A model generated the notes under the pieces. The model was not told the DNA's origin, did no database searches, and saw only the letters and a program-made list of their open reading frames with translations. DNA of 64,000 bases, from NCBI RefSeq assembly GCF_963921235.1, contig NC_086098.1, positions 1,116,001 through 1,180,000 on the forward strand, read 5' to 3'. Below, piece after piece: positions 61,436 through 64,000 of this stretch. Source of the stretch: Mobula hypostoma. Lineage: Eukaryota. Made by a program: the position numbers and the translations under genes. Position 1 is the stretch's first letter. Each line of letters starts with the position of its first letter.

Positions 61436-62110
61436 GACACTCACAACACGCTGGAAGAACTCAGCAGGTCGGGCAGCATCCGTGGAAAAGATCGGTCGAC
61501 ATTTCGGGCCGGAACCCTTCGTCAGGACTGAAGGGGGAAGGGGCAGAGGCCCTATAAAGAAGGTGGGGGGAGGGTGGGAAGGAGAAGGCTGGTAGGTTCC
61601 AGGTGAAAAACCAGTGAGGGGAAAGATAAAGGGCTGGGGGAAGGGAGGCAGGGAGGTGATAGGCAGGAAAGGTGAAGAAAGAATAGGGGAAAATACAATG
61701 GGTAGTAGAAGGAGGCGGAACCATGAGGGAGGTGATAGGCAGCTGAGGGAGGAAACAGAGTGACATAGGGATAGGGGAAGGGAGGGGGAGGGAATTACCA
61801 GAAGTTGGAGAATTCTATGTTCATACCAAGGGGCTGGAGACTACCTAGACGGTATATGAGGTGTTGCTCCTCTAACCTGAGTTTAGCCTCATCATGGCAG
61901 TAGAGGAGGCCATGTATGGACATATCTGAATGGGAGTGGGAAGCAGAGTTGAAGTGGGCCCGAAACTTCCAATTTCCCCCCGGATTAATAAAGTATGACT
62001 ATGACTATGAAACGTCGACCGATCTTTTCCACAGATGCTGCCTGACCTGCTGAGTTCCTCCAGCGTGTTGTGAGTGTTGCTTTGACCCCAGCATCTGCAG
62101 ATTATTTTGT
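61436..62110. mobile_element. PLE subfamily B inverted insertion
   Basis: Minus arm 61437-61958 (hammerhead 61494-61529), plus arm to 62110, and TSD gcagtctatatt / gcagtctatgtt (61424-61435, 62111-62122). Confidence 0.88.
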
Positions 62111-62234
62111 GCAGTCTATGTTTTTTTCAATATATTTTATGAGTTTTCCTCTTGGATTAACCGTTTAATATCTCATTTATTTTCATTGTGGGTTTGGGGG
62201 CAGGGGAAATTAAGGTGCTCTTATCCCTGAACTG

Positions 62235-63070
62235 TTAATGTCCTCAAAACCTTAGAGGTGCATATTGACTTGAGGAGAAATGTGTCTCCTCGCCACCCAA
62301 TAATCATCAACATCTCTATAGTTAATACAGTTTCAACATTCAGGTTCCTGGTCATCGTTATTTCGCAGGACCTCATGGGAGAAGCATATCTCCTTCATCA
62401 ACAAAAAGACTCAGCAGAGGATGTACTTCTTGCAGCAGTTGGTGAAATTCCATCTTCCCCAGAACATCCTGGTGGAATTCTATACTGCCATCATAGAGAG
62501 TATCCTCATACTGTCTGGTTTGGTGCAGCATTCTCTTACAGTATACGAAACCCACAGTGAACTGTCAGGTCAGCAGTAAAGCTCATTGGCTACAGTTTAC
62601 CATCTCGAAAGGACTTGTATGTGCTCGGCACAATGAATTGTGGACATTGCCCACCCTGCAAGCTGTCTTTTCCAAAAGCTCTATTCTGCAAAGTATTGTA
62701 GGGCTATTAAAAGAAGAACTTCATACCATCTTAAAGGTTTCTTTTCAACAGTGAGTTAAAAATTTGATCAGCCATTCTAGTTAACACATCACCCCCTCTA
62801 TCAATTATTCCCGTCACTGCACAGTACTGTGTACACTTTAAACCACTTTTTATAATGCTGTTTACATTGTAAATACATGCTGACAGTAATTTATTTATGC
62901 ACATTTTATTCCATGTTTGTACTTCTAATTTTAATTGTATGTAATTGTTTATTCTTTGTAATTGTTTAATAGTGTTTTTGTTGAATGTTGTTTTCATTGT
63001 ATGTTGCACCCTAACGAACACACCTGATACACATAAACGTATATGGCAAATAAAGGTGATCCTTGATCCT
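62235..63070 (+). mobile_element. Old decayed Rex1/L2-like LINE 3' fragment
   Basis: TFRFL..ISQDL and FYTAIIESIL remnants, with a caaataaaggtgatccttgatcct tail. Confidence 0.6.
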
Positions 63071-63126
63071 AAAGTATTAATTCATAAGTTAAATTAAGTC
63101 ATTATTATAATCCCATTCTCAAACTG

Positions 63127-63437
63127 TGTTGGCATGTGGCCAAGTGGTTAAGGCGTCGGTCCAGTGATCTGAAGGTCGCTAGTTCGAGCCTCAGCTGAGG
63201 CAGCGTGTTGTGTTCTTGAGCAAGGCGCTTAACCACTCATTGCTCTGCGATGGCACCGGTGCCAAGCTGTATCGGCCCTAGTGCCCTTCCCTTGGACAAC
63301 ATCGGTGGGTGGAGAGGGGAGACTTGCAACATGGGCAACTGCCGGTCTTCCATACAACCTTGCCCAGGCCTGCACCCTGGAAACCTTCCAAGGCGCAAAT
63401 CCACAGTCTCACGAGACTAACAGATGCCTATATATAT
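63127..63437 (+). mobile_element. tRNA-headed CORE-like SINE
   Basis: A box tggccaagtgg, B box gttcgagcc, CORE-like tgtgttcttgagcaaggcgcttaac and a (TA)n tail. Confidence 0.75.
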
Positions 63438-64000
63438 GATATGATTGTGAAACTGTATATTCAGTTGTACAATATATGGATTTAGGGGTAACAAGCGCAG
63501 AGAATGAATGGGACAGAAACTACTGAAGAAAGGTACCAAGGGATTGATTAGAGAAAGAGAATTGTAGGAGGAAAAGGGACAGCTGTGAACAAGAAGTGCA
63601 AATCCATCAGAGAAAATCTCTTAGATTGTTTTTCACGCCACTAATTTGTGTTTTGCTGTCGAGGTAATGAGTTTGGATAGTCTTCAAGACCCAGTGTACT
63701 GAATACTGGTATGCCAGAGAGAGCACATTTTAAAAGAATCTGAGAAGTTCTGTTGACTGTTACAGGTGGGAAAAAATGTGTCTTAAGGTAATGAAAGGAA
63801 GTTCTTGGATGAACCAAATTAAGGAGCAGATGCTTGTTCAAATCCACAGTTCATGTGTGATAGCAGGCTTATACAGGCAGGGTGTGCATGTCTTCAGTAA
63901 CTAAGCAGCTGTTCCATATTTCCAGCACACAACCACAGTATGGTCTTGTCAACCCAGTTCCTGTCAGGAGTAGATTTACTTTCAAAATAGTTTCTCACTT

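Noticed and set aside
63127..63200. tRNA gene
   Set aside because: A/B boxes are present, but the sequence runs into a SINE body and no clean cloverleaf or terminator is seen. The same applies at 461, 50240 and 61300.
63251..63264. 14-bp perfect palindrome TGGCACCGGTGCCA
   Set aside because: It is a single short palindrome inside a SINE with no independent support for function.
63641..63847. 68-aa ORF in unique sequence
   Set aside because: It has no recognisable motif or convincing splice signals.
1..64000. Prokaryotic RT system (retron, DGR, group II intron) suggested by many RT ORFs plus structured RNAs
   Set aside because: All RTs carry vertebrate CR1, Rex1, Gypsy or PLE signatures, are pseudogenised and nested, and show no operon structure.

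Overview
This is eukaryotic (vertebrate) DNA made up almost entirely of nested transposable-element remnants. The repeat mix (CR1 LINEs with an SGNH-esterase ORF1, V-domain SINEs, Rex1/Babar LINEs, Penelope-like elements) suggests a cartilaginous fish; this is an inference. No intact host gene or intact autonomous element is visible, and most ORF-track entries are TE pseudogene fragments or antisense ORFs. The window holds many CR1 and Rex1-type LINE fragments, two young Penelope-like element (PLE) subfamilies with a GIY-YIG endonuclease, a Gypsy remnant, three solo LTRs, Tc1, Tigger and hAT derivatives, at least three SINE types and a U6 snRNA pseudogene. Four signals stand out. (1) A 565-bp non-coding retroposon with a 10-bp TSD whose 5' end maps helix by helix onto an HDV-like ribozyme, with an unusual extra hairpin in L3 (3529-3709). 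(2) Ten recognisable minimal hammerhead ribozyme motifs in PLE termini. (3) A series of fold-back PLE insertions of 84 bp to 2.2 kb with ~13-bp TSDs and two preferred end points, including a PLE-CR1 template-switch chimera. (4) Local templated rearrangements: a 138-bp inverted copy and a 135-bp tandem duplication. Boundaries without TSD or TIR support are approximate. Everything was read by eye and no searches were run.
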